Source: a virus
Lineage: Duplodnaviria; Heunggongvirae; Uroviricota; Caudoviricetes
DNA length: 64,000 bases
IMG/VR virus record: IMGVR_UViG_3300010370_000025
Reading direction: 5' to 3' (one strand)
Shown here: positions 1 through 8,019 of the stretch, in pieces
Numbering within the stretch: position 1 is the stretch's first letter
Layout: each line of letters opens with the position of its first letter
The notes under the pieces: model-generated
Database searches by the model: none
Told to the model about the DNA's origin: nothing
The model's input: the letters and a program-made list of their open reading frames with translations, nothing else
Program-made: the position numbers and the translations under genes

Positions 1-1
1 T

Positions 2-97
2 AATTGTGTTCTCAAAGTAAAAAATTCAGTTGATTTATTTCCTATTATAGATTATCTTGAGAAAAGAATTAAAGAGATTAATGATCTCTACAAGTAA
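2..97 (+). CDS. 3' end of a CDS entering from the left (NCVLKVKNSVDLFPIIDYLEKRIKEINDLYK*)
   Basis: Open frame from the window edge to TAA at 95-97, ending just before the tRNA. Confidence 0.5.
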   Translation, partial: NCVLKVKNSVDLFPIIDYLEKRIKEINDLYK

Positions 98-99
98 TT

Positions 100-191
100 C
101 GAAGTGGGTGTTGGTACACAGGGAGGCCTTATAAACCTTTCAGCGCCGGATTAGCGTTCTCGACTCGGTTCGAATCCGAGCACTTCGACCA
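100..191 (+). tRNA. Atypical tRNA with UAU anticodon (nominally Ile) and a long variable arm
   Basis: Acceptor stem CGAAGTG(100-106)/CACTTCG(181-187), A73, encoded CCA 189-191; T-arm CTCGG-TTCGAAT-CCGAG (164-180); anticodon TAT at 130-132; variable-arm hairpin at about 142-158. Confidence 0.85.
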
Positions 192-206
192 TTTTAGGTT
201 TTGTTA

Positions 207-392
207 ATGAAGAAAAAAATAGAAGTTCAAGATCATTGGCGAGATGAATTGACAAAACTTCGTTGTTGGTTGTCAGGGTTTAGTGAAGGAAGACATGTCC
301 CTGGCCAACTACAATATATGGTTCCAGGGGAGCTTGTTCTTAAGCAAATTATATTGGCTATTGATGACTCTAAAAATAAGTCTAACAAATAA
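207..392 (+). CDS. Small hypothetical protein
   Basis: ORF track 201..392, first ATG at 207; same strand as neighbours. Confidence 0.55.
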   Translation: MKKKIEVQDHWRDELTKLRCWLSGFSEGRHVPGQLQYMVPGELVLKQIILAIDDSKNKSNK

Positions 393-478
393 TAAATATA
401 AGATATCTTCTTTAGAAGAAGCAAAACAAGACTTTAATATTATTCCCGGTGGCATTTATTACAGTAAGAGATAATAAT

Positions 479-691
479 ATGGCTTATAAGACTGTAGAAG
501 TTGAAGTAGATTGCGATCTTGATGACTTTGATGATAGTGAATTAATTTATGAGCTAGAATCTAGAGGTGCTACTTTTAAACCTGATTCTATATATAAGCT
601 TTACAGAAATTACATTACACTTTCTCCTGAAGCTTTTAATAAAGAATTGAAAGCTTTTTTTAGAGAAGAACTAGGTGTTTTTGAGTATTAA
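479..691 (+). CDS. Small acidic hypothetical protein
   Basis: ORF track 449..691; ATG at 479 follows a GAGA purine tract; overlaps the next ORF. Confidence 0.7.
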   Translation: MAYKTVEVEVDCDLDDFDDSELIYELESRGATFKPDSIYKLYRNYITLSPEAFNKELKAFFREELGVFEY

Positions 692-920
692 TATGAGTAA
701 TAAAAATATATTAGATCCTTCTCTTAAAGAAGAAATATTTACATATTGGTCAGAAGACAAAAGAAAAAAAGCAGTTCTAATGAACAATTATGGCGAACCA
801 GAAATTCATTTTTTTAATAATGGTGAGCTTGAAGCTATAGAAAATTATGAAAATAACTCTATGCGCTTTTATGAAGATGCTGCTGAAAACTATGTAATAG
901 GTGTTAAAACATTTTCTTAA
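675..920 (+). CDS. Hypothetical protein
   Basis: 81-aa ORF in a tightly packed run. Confidence 0.7.
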   Translation: MFLSINMSNKNILDPSLKEEIFTYWSEDKRKKAVLMNNYGEPEIHFFNNGELEAIENYENNSMRFYEDAAENYVIGVKTFS

Positions 921-927
921 TTCAATA

Positions 928-1004
928 GGTCCCATAGCTCAACTGGATAGAGCACCAGCCTTCTAAGCTGTAGGTTCGTGGTTCGAGTCCACGTGGGATC
1001 GCCA
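928..1004 (+). tRNA. tRNA-Arg(UCU)
   Basis: Acceptor GGTCCCA/TGGGATC, discriminator G, CCA at 1002-1004; D-arm TAGCTCAACTGGATAGAGC; anticodon loop CTTCTAA (TCT 962-964); T-loop GTTCGAGTC. Confidence 0.97.
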
Positions 1005-1018
1005 TTTTTAGGTGTTAT

Positions 1019-1273
1019 ATGATTGTTAATATAGTAGATCATAGATCTAACAAATACAATGTGCATATAGATGCAGTATTTGAACCATCACAACACGACA
1101 ACTCTATTGAAGGTTCTACAAAATTTACATGGGGTGCAAAAGAATTTTGCTATGATGATCTATGTAACACAACAATAGTTGAAGCAATAGAATACGCTAA
1201 TAATAGATATGAATGCCCCACAACTCTCTTCATGTATGATGTAGATGTTATGAGTACAGAAAAATTACGCTAA
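1019..1273 (+). CDS. Hypothetical protein
   Basis: 84-aa ORF with AGGTG SD-like sequence upstream. Confidence 0.7.
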   Translation: MIVNIVDHRSNKYNVHIDAVFEPSQHDNSIEGSTKFTWGAKEFCYDDLCNTTIVEAIEYANNRYECPTTLFMYDVDVMSTEKLR

Positions 1274-2008
1274 AGTAATTTTTTGTTTAACAATTTCCCA
1301 AGTAAAGTTTAATACTTTTTTTTGACTAAAATCATTACGATCATACCTATCTTGTACTATAGATATAAGACCAGGTAAAGTTTTATATCTCTCTGCAGGT
1401 TGGAAAAAGATTTTTTCTTCCTTATCGTCATAGTCAGTCTTTAAATGATCATTGCTTAGTATTACTTTTCTTGCTAACCTATAATGTTTTGCTCTTACTA
1501 TTGGACTTAAATCTTTAGCAGGATATATTCTTTCTAAATTACTAAAAAATATTTTATCACCATAATGTATATTAACAAAATCTTCATCGTATCCTTTGAC
1601 AGACCAAAAAGCGTTTTTATGTATTAATGGCGAGTTCATATCAAATTTATAAATAGTATTAGGATCTAAAGGTAAAGCAAGATCCAAGTCTATAGATGAA
1701 AGGTCTATATCAAGATCTATTAAAAAATTCCATTCAGATTTACTAATATGCATTCCCAGATTTCTCGCACCATGAGAATTAAATCCTAGATCTTCTTTTA
1801 TTTTTACAAGTATTATTCCTGTTAAATCTAAATTTTCTAAAGCTTTTTCAACAGGTATACATTGTGAGCCATCATCTACTAAAATCATTTTTAGTTTAGG
1901 ATATTTTTCTTTTAATTTAAAATAATGATTAACTCGCCACCTTACAAAGAGAGTTTCTCTCGGCGACTTATCAAAATATGAACTTATAATAGTGAGATCC
2001 ATATGCAC
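1265..2008 (-). CDS. Glycosyltransferase, GT-A fold (family 2-like, galactosyltransferase-like C-terminus)
   Basis: Motifs ILVDDGS, GFNSHGARNLG, FLIDLD (DxD) and WSVKGYDEDF..HYGDK. Confidence 0.85.
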   Translation of the reverse strand: MHMDLTIISSYFDKSPRETLFVRWRVNHYFKLKEKYPKLKMILVDDGSQCIPVEKALENLDLTGIILVKIKEDLGFNSHGARNLGMHISKSEWNFLIDLDIDLSSIDLDLALPLDPNTIYKFDMNSPLIHKNAFWSVKGYDEDFVNIHYGDKIFFSNLERIYPAKDLSPIVRAKHYRLARKVILSNDHLKTDYDDKEEKIFFQPAERYKTLPGLISIVQDRYDRNDFSQKKVLNFTWEIVKQKITLA

Positions 2009-2668
2009 AGCGTAAAAATAAAAGGTATTACAAAACCTATCGATGATGATATTAAGACTACAGAAGACCTAGTAGCGTATTGTGCAAGAGTATCGAATCC
2101 TAGCAATCAACATAATACTTTAACTGCAGACCGTCTTCTTAAATATTTAGTAAAACATAAACATTGGTCGCCTTTCGAGATGGTTAATATTCTTATTGAG
2201 ATAGAAACCACTCGAGATATTGCTCGTCAAATTCTTCGACATCGTTCATTTTCATTTCAAGAGTTTTCTCAACGTTATGCAGATCCTACAAAAGATCTAG
2301 GATTCGTGTTGCGTGACGCAAGATTGCAAGATACTAATAATCGTCAAAATAGTATTGAAACTGACGATCAGGATCTTAGTAAACTTTGGCAAGTTAAACA
2401 ATCTCAGCTTACTCATGAAGCTAGGCTTGCATATAAGTGGGCTATTGATAATGGGATCGCAAAAGAACAAGCTCGTTCAGTACTGCCTGAGGGTTTAACT
2501 GTTTCTCGAATGTATATGAATGGCACGCTTCGCTCATGGATTCATTACTGTGATTTACGCATGTCAAATGGCACTCAAAAAGAGCATCGAGAAATCGCTA
2601 TAGACTGTTGGAATCTTATTGTAGAGCAAATGCCTTCTCTTTATGAACTCTTTGAAAATATTGAGTAA
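2003..2668 (+). CDS. thyX: FAD-dependent thymidylate synthase
   Basis: Signature RQILRHRSFSFQEFSQRY, plus HWSPFEM, KEQARSVLP and TQKEHR. Confidence 0.97.
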   Translation: MHSVKIKGITKPIDDDIKTTEDLVAYCARVSNPSNQHNTLTADRLLKYLVKHKHWSPFEMVNILIEIETTRDIARQILRHRSFSFQEFSQRYADPTKDLGFVLRDARLQDTNNRQNSIETDDQDLSKLWQVKQSQLTHEARLAYKWAIDNGIAKEQARSVLPEGLTVSRMYMNGTLRSWIHYCDLRMSNGTQKEHREIAIDCWNLIVEQMPSLYELFENIE

Positions 2669-2676
2669 TTTTTAGG

Positions 2677-2718
2677 AAAAAAACAGTGGATTTTATTACT
2701 TCTCTATCATATATTAAT
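2677..2718 (+). promoter_or_regulatory. Putative early (sigma70-like) phage promoter
   Basis: AAAAAAACAGTGGATTTT...TATATTAAT ahead of a strong SD (GGAGAGG); resembles the elements at 16915, 24893 and 26485. Confidence 0.55.
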
Positions 2719-2744
2719 AATATGGAAACGGAGAGGAAATAAAT

Positions 2745-2999
2745 ATGATTGCTGAAGATATTCGTGTTGGCGATCGCGTCCGCTGGAATTCTAGCGCTGG
2801 TTGGGTTCGTGGAGAAATCAAGGACTTTTACATGGCTAAAGATTCCCTTGGTCGCCCGCAGCCTCGTATGATTATCTCTATTTTTGAAGATAATAGGGAG
2901 CATACTATGAGTTTGTGCGCTCATCGTGATTATCTTTCTATGATGAAATTTCGCGTAATCTTCCGAGACAATCATAACGAGATTAGGGGAGCGGCATGA
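2745..2999 (+). CDS. Hypothetical early protein
   Basis: Strong SD; ATGA overlap with the next gene. Confidence 0.8.
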   Translation: MIAEDIRVGDRVRWNSSAGWVRGEIKDFYMAKDSLGRPQPRMIISIFEDNREHTMSLCAHRDYLSMMKFRVIFRDNHNEIRGAA

Positions 3000-3478
3000 T
3001 ACAGTTTAGAAATACGAAACTTATTAAGCCTAAGCAATTAGAATATCTTAAAAGTCTAGGATCTTTTGTCCTTGAAAAATTCTTTAATGAAGATAAACGC
3101 GATTCTTTAAATATTAAAGTGACCTTTAAGAAAGGTCTTTTTAAAGAGCAAAACATGTACGGTAATTGTATCTGGGAAGATAGTCATCATCGCCCGGAGG
3201 AATTTACTATGGAGATTGAGCCTGATCAAAAAACAGGTTTGCTGCTAAATACCTTTGCGCATGAATTAGTTCATGTCAAGCAGTGGGCTAAGGGTGAATA
3301 CTACCAGCTCATTAGGGAGACTAACGTATATAAATTTAATGGTCAACGTGTTGATGTAGATAAGGTTGACTATTGGGACACTCCGTGGGAGATTGAAGCT
3401 CACGGCCGCGCTATCGGGCTAGTAGTTCAGTGGGCCCGTAAAAATAACCTCAAAGGAAAGTTCGATCTTGAGGTTTAA
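2996..3478 (+). CDS. Putative HExxH zinc metallopeptidase-like phage protein
   Basis: AHELVHVKQ and Y.D.PWEIEAH motifs. Confidence 0.75.
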   Translation: MIQFRNTKLIKPKQLEYLKSLGSFVLEKFFNEDKRDSLNIKVTFKKGLFKEQNMYGNCIWEDSHHRPEEFTMEIEPDQKTGLLLNTFAHELVHVKQWAKGEYYQLIRETNVYKFNGQRVDVDKVDYWDTPWEIEAHGRAIGLVVQWARKNNLKGKFDLEV

Positions 3479-3500
3479 AGTAATCACAAAGGAGTAATTT

Positions 3501-4136
3501 ATGAAGAATCTAATTATCGCTGCTTTTGCAGCCGCTGTTGTTTCTACTGTTGCCTATGCAGCAGATCTTCCTAGGAAGGATATTGCACCAGCACTACCTG
3601 CAGCTCCAGTAGAAGCACAACTGCAGCATGTAGTTTCTAGCGGTGTAACAACCAATTTTGAAGCTGGAGAATATGGAGATATCTCTAGCCTAGAATACAC
3701 ACTTGGTTATCACTATCTCGGTATTGGTAATGGTGTTTCTGTTGGTGGTAATATTATTGCTTCTTCAAGCACAGATATTAGTGATATTGAAGCTAAGCGA
3801 GTTGAAGCTGATATCCTATGGTCTCAACCAGTAGGTTTCGGTATTACGACTAATATCGGAGGCGGGCTTGGTTATCGTCTAGCTGAAGAGGAGCCATATT
3901 TCAAGCTTAATTCAGGGTTTGACTACGCACTTAATGATATTGTAACATTGAATGCAGTAAGCTATCAGTTCCGTGATACATTTGAAAATAACTGGCAGTC
4001 TCATGAAGTAGGTACTGGTGTTACTGTAAAGGTTGTAGATAATGTTAGCGTAACAGGGCGCGTTGCTCGTTCATTTGATGAAGATTTGAATTCAGATGAA
4101 GATAAGATTACAGTCGGAGCTAATTTTAGTTTCTAA
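3501..4136 (+). CDS. Outer-membrane beta-barrel protein, Omp25/RopB-like
   Basis: Signal peptide ending AYA-ADLP, Pro/Ala linker, alternating amphipathic strands, C-terminal Phe (VGANFSF); SD GGAG. Confidence 0.8.
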   Translation: MKNLIIAAFAAAVVSTVAYAADLPRKDIAPALPAAPVEAQLQHVVSSGVTTNFEAGEYGDISSLEYTLGYHYLGIGNGVSVGGNIIASSSTDISDIEAKRVEADILWSQPVGFGITTNIGGGLGYRLAEEEPYFKLNSGFDYALNDIVTLNAVSYQFRDTFENNWQSHEVGTGVTVKVVDNVSVTGRVARSFDEDLNSDEDKITVGANFSF

Positions 4137-4139
4137 TCT

Positions 4140-4162
4140 AGGGGGCTTCGGCCCCCTTTTTT
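4140..4162 (+). terminator. Intrinsic terminator
   Basis: AGGGGGC-TTCG-GCCCCCT hairpin followed by a T-run. Confidence 0.9.
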
Positions 4163-4163
4163 A

Positions 4164-4198
4164 TTGCCTTTTTACCTCTGATATACTATTATTATAAT
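4164..4198 (+). promoter_or_regulatory. Putative sigma70-like early promoter
   Basis: TTGCCT-17 nt-TATTAT, with TATAAT at 4193-4198, ahead of SD GGAGG. Confidence 0.6.
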
Positions 4199-4216
4199 GT
4201 AAATGGAGGATATATT

Positions 4217-4432
4217 ATGAATCAACGTGCTGGTAAAACTCATGCTGCAGGACCCCGCGATAATGACTATATTACGCTTCGTGCTCTAGTTAATTTCTGT
4301 GAAGCGGCTCAAAAGGATCTTCAAAAAGAAGGTGACGAAGATGCAGCTCTTCGTTTTGAGATTCTCGCAGACTATCTTCGTAATGAGTATAAAGGTGGGT
4401 TCAATTACAAGCCTACTATGATTGGTCTATAA
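4217..4432 (+). CDS. Hypothetical protein
   Basis: GGAGG SD; has its own promoter and terminator. Confidence 0.85.
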   Translation: MNQRAGKTHAAGPRDNDYITLRALVNFCEAAQKDLQKEGDEDAALRFEILADYLRNEYKGGFNYKPTMIGL

Positions 4433-4454
4433 CTTAACATACATCATTTATATC

Positions 4455-4482
4455 AGGGGGTAGAATTCTACCCCCTTTTTTT
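4455..4482 (+). terminator. Intrinsic terminator
   Basis: Perfect 22-bp palindrome AGGGGGTAGAATTCTACCCCCT followed by a T-run. Confidence 0.85.
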
Positions 4483-4486
4483 ATAT

Positions 4487-4494
4487 TATAAATA
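4487..4494 (+). promoter_or_regulatory. T4-type late promoter
   Basis: TATAAATA directly after the terminator and before SD AGGAG of ORF 4519. Confidence 0.8.
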
Positions 4495-4518
4495 ATGTAT
4501 TAGCTTAGGAGCGGATAC

Positions 4519-5508
4519 ATGAAAACCTTTTTTCAATTTATTATTGAACGTGCACCAGATGCACTAGAAACAACTAGAAAGCCTACAGTTATGGCTAATT
4601 ATGGTGTGAATGCAGAAAGACATATAAGACAATATGCATCTCCTGACAAAATTGCATCTACTCATTATACATTAGATAGAAATGCTGGTAATTTAGAATC
4701 AGGTTCTAAAGTTAAAATACATAGTATTGAAAAGCATGAATCAGGTAAGTATCATGCTATGGTATCTAGTCCTGATAACCCGTCAGAAAAACATGTAGTA
4801 CCTCTTAGTCACATACAGAAGCCAGTACAAAGAGGTGACATTCGTAAAAAAGAAAGTCACTTCGTAGATGACTTACATAAGCAAATTACAAGTAGCAAAC
4901 AGCCTGTTCATATGTATGATCGAAATGGTGTGAAGCATCATATTGTAGGAGCACATCAAGTTCCTGGAAACCCTAAGGCAGATATTGCATTGGTAAACGA
5001 TAAAGGCGAACATGTTATTCACATTTCACATAAAGAAAGTGAAGAAAGCCATCAAGGATATGGTGGTATGAACGCTAAAGCAAACGCTTCTCATCCAGTT
5101 ATGAAAGAGTTTGCAGATAAGTTAAAAAGCAAAATTGAAAATACACACATGGGGTTAAAGGGTAAGTCTAGAACTATGGCTCTCAATCATACTAACCCTC
5201 AGCATTCTGATATGATTAAGTCTGCGCTCTTCGGTAAGAGTCATGATTCTAATAAATCAGGAGTAGAAAATGTTGATTTTATTTCACATGGTAAAATGAA
5301 TCTTAAGTTTAACAATCATGGTGTAGCTTCTATTCATTCTGAAAAAGATATATCTAGAAAAAATTATAAAGATCAAAAATACGAAATAACCGCTAAACAT
5401 GCTACTGATAGAACTATCCCAGGTACTAATATTGGCGGTATAGTTGGTGTAACACATGCAGGTCATCGTAAGGGTAGAGATGTTACTTCAGTGGAGGATA
5501 ATAACTAA
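4519..5508 (+). CDS. His-rich probable internal head protein with a PD-(D/E)XK-like nuclease segment
   Basis: N-terminus MKTFFQFIIE resembles the T4 capsid-targeting sequence; PKADIALV...ISHK motif. Confidence 0.6.
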   Translation: MKTFFQFIIERAPDALETTRKPTVMANYGVNAERHIRQYASPDKIASTHYTLDRNAGNLESGSKVKIHSIEKHESGKYHAMVSSPDNPSEKHVVPLSHIQKPVQRGDIRKKESHFVDDLHKQITSSKQPVHMYDRNGVKHHIVGAHQVPGNPKADIALVNDKGEHVIHISHKESEESHQGYGGMNAKANASHPVMKEFADKLKSKIENTHMGLKGKSRTMALNHTNPQHSDMIKSALFGKSHDSNKSGVENVDFISHGKMNLKFNNHGVASIHSEKDISRKNYKDQKYEITAKHATDRTIPGTNIGGIVGVTHAGHRKGRDVTSVEDNN

Positions 5509-6164
5509 TGAGAGGTTTTCTTAATTTTATTATTGAAGAAGCTGAAGCTGGCGCTAAACTAAAACATCTAGATCACCCAGAAGATAATGCTATTACTCAT
5601 GGTAAAGAAGGCTTTGAGCATGCATTTAATGCGCTTAAGCATGTACATAAAGCATTAACTGGTAAACAGCATGATACTAAAATATCAACTAAACTAGATG
5701 GCTCACCATCAGTAGTTTTTGGACATCATCCTGAAACTAAACAGTTCTTTGTTGCATCTAAATCAGCATTTGGTAAGACACCTAAGATTAACTATACCCA
5801 TGAAGATGTAGATCGCAATCATGGTCACTCTCCAGGTCTTGCTAAAAAACTTCATCAAGCATTAAACCATCTTCCAAAGGTTACTCCGCGTACTGGAGTT
5901 TATCAAGGTGACTTTATGCACTCACATGATGAAGTTGAGCATTCAGATCATAAGATCTCATTTAAACCAAACACAATTACATATTCTTTAAATAAAAGAT
6001 CACCTGAAGGACGTAAAGCAGCTAACTCTAAAATGGGTATCGCAATTCACACTAAATATAAAGGTGATACATTCGACTCTATGCACGCTACACCAGATGT
6101 AGATCATGAGAATTTTAGAAAGCATCGTGACGTTCATAATATTTCTACTGAGGCTAAACTATGA
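5508..6164 (+). CDS. N-terminal part of a conserved T4-like protein with ligase-type nucleotidyltransferase motifs
   Basis: N-terminus MRGFLNFIIEE; KHLDHPED; TKLDGSPS (KxDG); YQGDF. Confidence 0.65.
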   Translation: MRGFLNFIIEEAEAGAKLKHLDHPEDNAITHGKEGFEHAFNALKHVHKALTGKQHDTKISTKLDGSPSVVFGHHPETKQFFVASKSAFGKTPKINYTHEDVDRNHGHSPGLAKKLHQALNHLPKVTPRTGVYQGDFMHSHDEVEHSDHKISFKPNTITYSLNKRSPEGRKAANSKMGIAIHTKYKGDTFDSMHATPDVDHENFRKHRDVHNISTEAKL

Positions 6165-6694
6165 GTAATTTAACAAAAGATCAAAGTGATGCTTTCGAGC
6201 AGCATATGAATGCTGCTAAAACACTTCATGATTCACAGCCAGAAGATTTTCATAGCACTGTAGGCAAGCATGCTGAGCATATTACTACATATGTAAATAG
6301 TACTATTAGAACCAATACTACTCCTACAATAGCCGGGTTGCACGGGCATATTGCAGCTAGACATCAAAAGTTAATAGATAGTGTTTCTACGAAAGCTGCC
6401 AAAGATAAAAAACTAGAAGCTATGAATAGTGATCTTTCTCATTTAGATAATAATAAAAAACACTTTATTAATGCTCTAAAAATTCATCACCATATGCAAG
6501 AAGCGAAAAATATTCTTGTACAAGGATTAAATAATGCTTCTAAAAAGTCTGGTGAAATGGAACATCATATTGATGGTAAAGAAACACACCCAGAAGGATA
6601 TGTCGCTCACTATCAAGGCAAACCAATTAAATTAGTAAATAGAGGCGAGTTCTCTCGAGCAAACTTCCTAGCTGCTAAGTCATGGAAGAAATAA
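6161..6694 (+). CDS. Probable C-terminal part of the preceding protein
   Basis: ATGA overlap; PEGYV and IKLVNRGEFSRANF motifs. Confidence 0.65.
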   Translation: MSNLTKDQSDAFEQHMNAAKTLHDSQPEDFHSTVGKHAEHITTYVNSTIRTNTTPTIAGLHGHIAARHQKLIDSVSTKAAKDKKLEAMNSDLSHLDNNKKHFINALKIHHHMQEAKNILVQGLNNASKKSGEMEHHIDGKETHPEGYVAHYQGKPIKLVNRGEFSRANFLAAKSWKK

Positions 6695-6698
6695 AAAA

Positions 6699-8006
6699 AT
6701 GGCACAGTTTAGAACCGACTCGTCAAAATTTTTACCTGATGGTAAAACTATATTTGAAGTAGGTATGCTTGGTAGCAGATTTACAGCATCTGGTACTGCT
6801 ACAGATGCTTTTGGTCGTTTAAGAGTTTCAGAACCTCTTACATTATTTGATTCGTTTCATCGCTATCAAGACAATGGAAAGTTTGTAACAAGTACTAGCG
6901 GAACAGCAAACACCGAGTATCAAGTTAATGAATCAGTTGTTGATATGAATGTTAACACTGCTTCTGGTGATAAGTGTTACCGTGAATCTAAAAGAGTGTT
7001 TGCGTATCAGCCAGGTAAATCATTGCTTATAATGAATACATTTGTAATGAACGCTCAAAAGACTAACTTAAGACAGCGTGTGGGTTATTTTAACTCACAA
7101 AATGGAATATTTTTTGAAAATGATGGAGCTAGTAATTATATTGTTTTAAGAAAATATACAACAGGATCAGTTGTTGAAACACGCGTTGCGCAAGCAAATT
7201 GGAATATAGATAAGTTTGATGGGACAGGATACTCATCACAATCAGGTCATCCAGATCGCGGAAATTTAGATATATCAAAAGCAAATATATTTTGGATTGA
7301 TATCGAGTGGTTAGGTGTTGGTGATGTTCGTTGTGGTTTCGTAGTTGACGGGCTGATGTTACCGGCTCATATATTCCATAATGATAATCTAAGCACTACT
7401 ACGTATATGACTACAGCTATTCTGCCTGTTCGTTACGAAATAGAAAACACAGGTACAACAGCATCTTCCTCAAAAATGAAACAAATATGTTCTACTGTAG
7501 TTTCAGAGGGAGGATATACTTTAGAAGGTAAAGCAAGAAGCATTAGTATTCCTATTACTTCACCTATTGACTTGCCCACTGCAGGCACATTTACTCCTAT
7601 TATGTCAATTAGATTAAAAGACTCATTTAAAGATGCACTAGCTGTATTAAAAGATGTAGAATTTTTTGGTATAACAAATAATACAAGCTATCGTTATAAA
7701 ATTATAATAGGCGGTACACTAACTGGCGCGTCGTGGGTTTCTGCAGGAACAGATTCTCCTATAGAGTATGATATAACTGCAACAGCTGTTACTAATGGAC
7801 GTGACGCACAAGTAGGATATGTTAACGTATCTGCTGGTGCAGGCGGTGCAGCAGTTAATTTAGATAGATCACAAATATTTGCTTATCAGCTTGAGCGTGA
7901 CGGGTTTGCTGCAAGCAATAACGGTATTATAATTACATTAGCAGGAACTGGTGCTGCTAACGGTAATGATGCTGTTGGTGCTATGACTTGGGAAGAAATT
8001 ACATAA
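6699..8006 (+). CDS. Probable virion structural protein
   Basis: DAFGRLRVSEP motif seen in T4-like structural proteins; beta-rich composition; lies in the late cluster. Confidence 0.6.
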   Translation: MAQFRTDSSKFLPDGKTIFEVGMLGSRFTASGTATDAFGRLRVSEPLTLFDSFHRYQDNGKFVTSTSGTANTEYQVNESVVDMNVNTASGDKCYRESKRVFAYQPGKSLLIMNTFVMNAQKTNLRQRVGYFNSQNGIFFENDGASNYIVLRKYTTGSVVETRVAQANWNIDKFDGTGYSSQSGHPDRGNLDISKANIFWIDIEWLGVGDVRCGFVVDGLMLPAHIFHNDNLSTTTYMTTAILPVRYEIENTGTTASSSKMKQICSTVVSEGGYTLEGKARSISIPITSPIDLPTAGTFTPIMSIRLKDSFKDALAVLKDVEFFGITNNTSYRYKIIIGGTLTGASWVSAGTDSPIEYDITATAVTNGRDAQVGYVNVSAGAGGAAVNLDRSQIFAYQLERDGFAASNNGIIITLAGTGAANGNDAVGAMTWEEIT

Positions 8007-8019
8007 TATTTTTTATATA

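Noticed and set aside
28-55. AGTTGATT...TATTAT promoter-like string
   Set aside because: It lies inside an open frame running in from the window edge; cannot be separated from coding sequence.
127-135. Reading the first tRNA as an ochre suppressor (anticodon TTA)
   Set aside because: TTA (129-131) is off-centre in the loop and would lack U33; TAT is centred with the preceding T, and TAA is the commonest stop codon here.
233-474. ORF-track entries 233..424 (-) and 283..474 (+)
   Set aside because: They overlap a better-supported ORF, have poor starts, and show no recognisable motif.
4455-4476. Perfect 22-bp palindrome as a repressor operator
   Set aside because: It is GC-stemmed, followed by a T-run and located after a stop codon; a terminator explains it.
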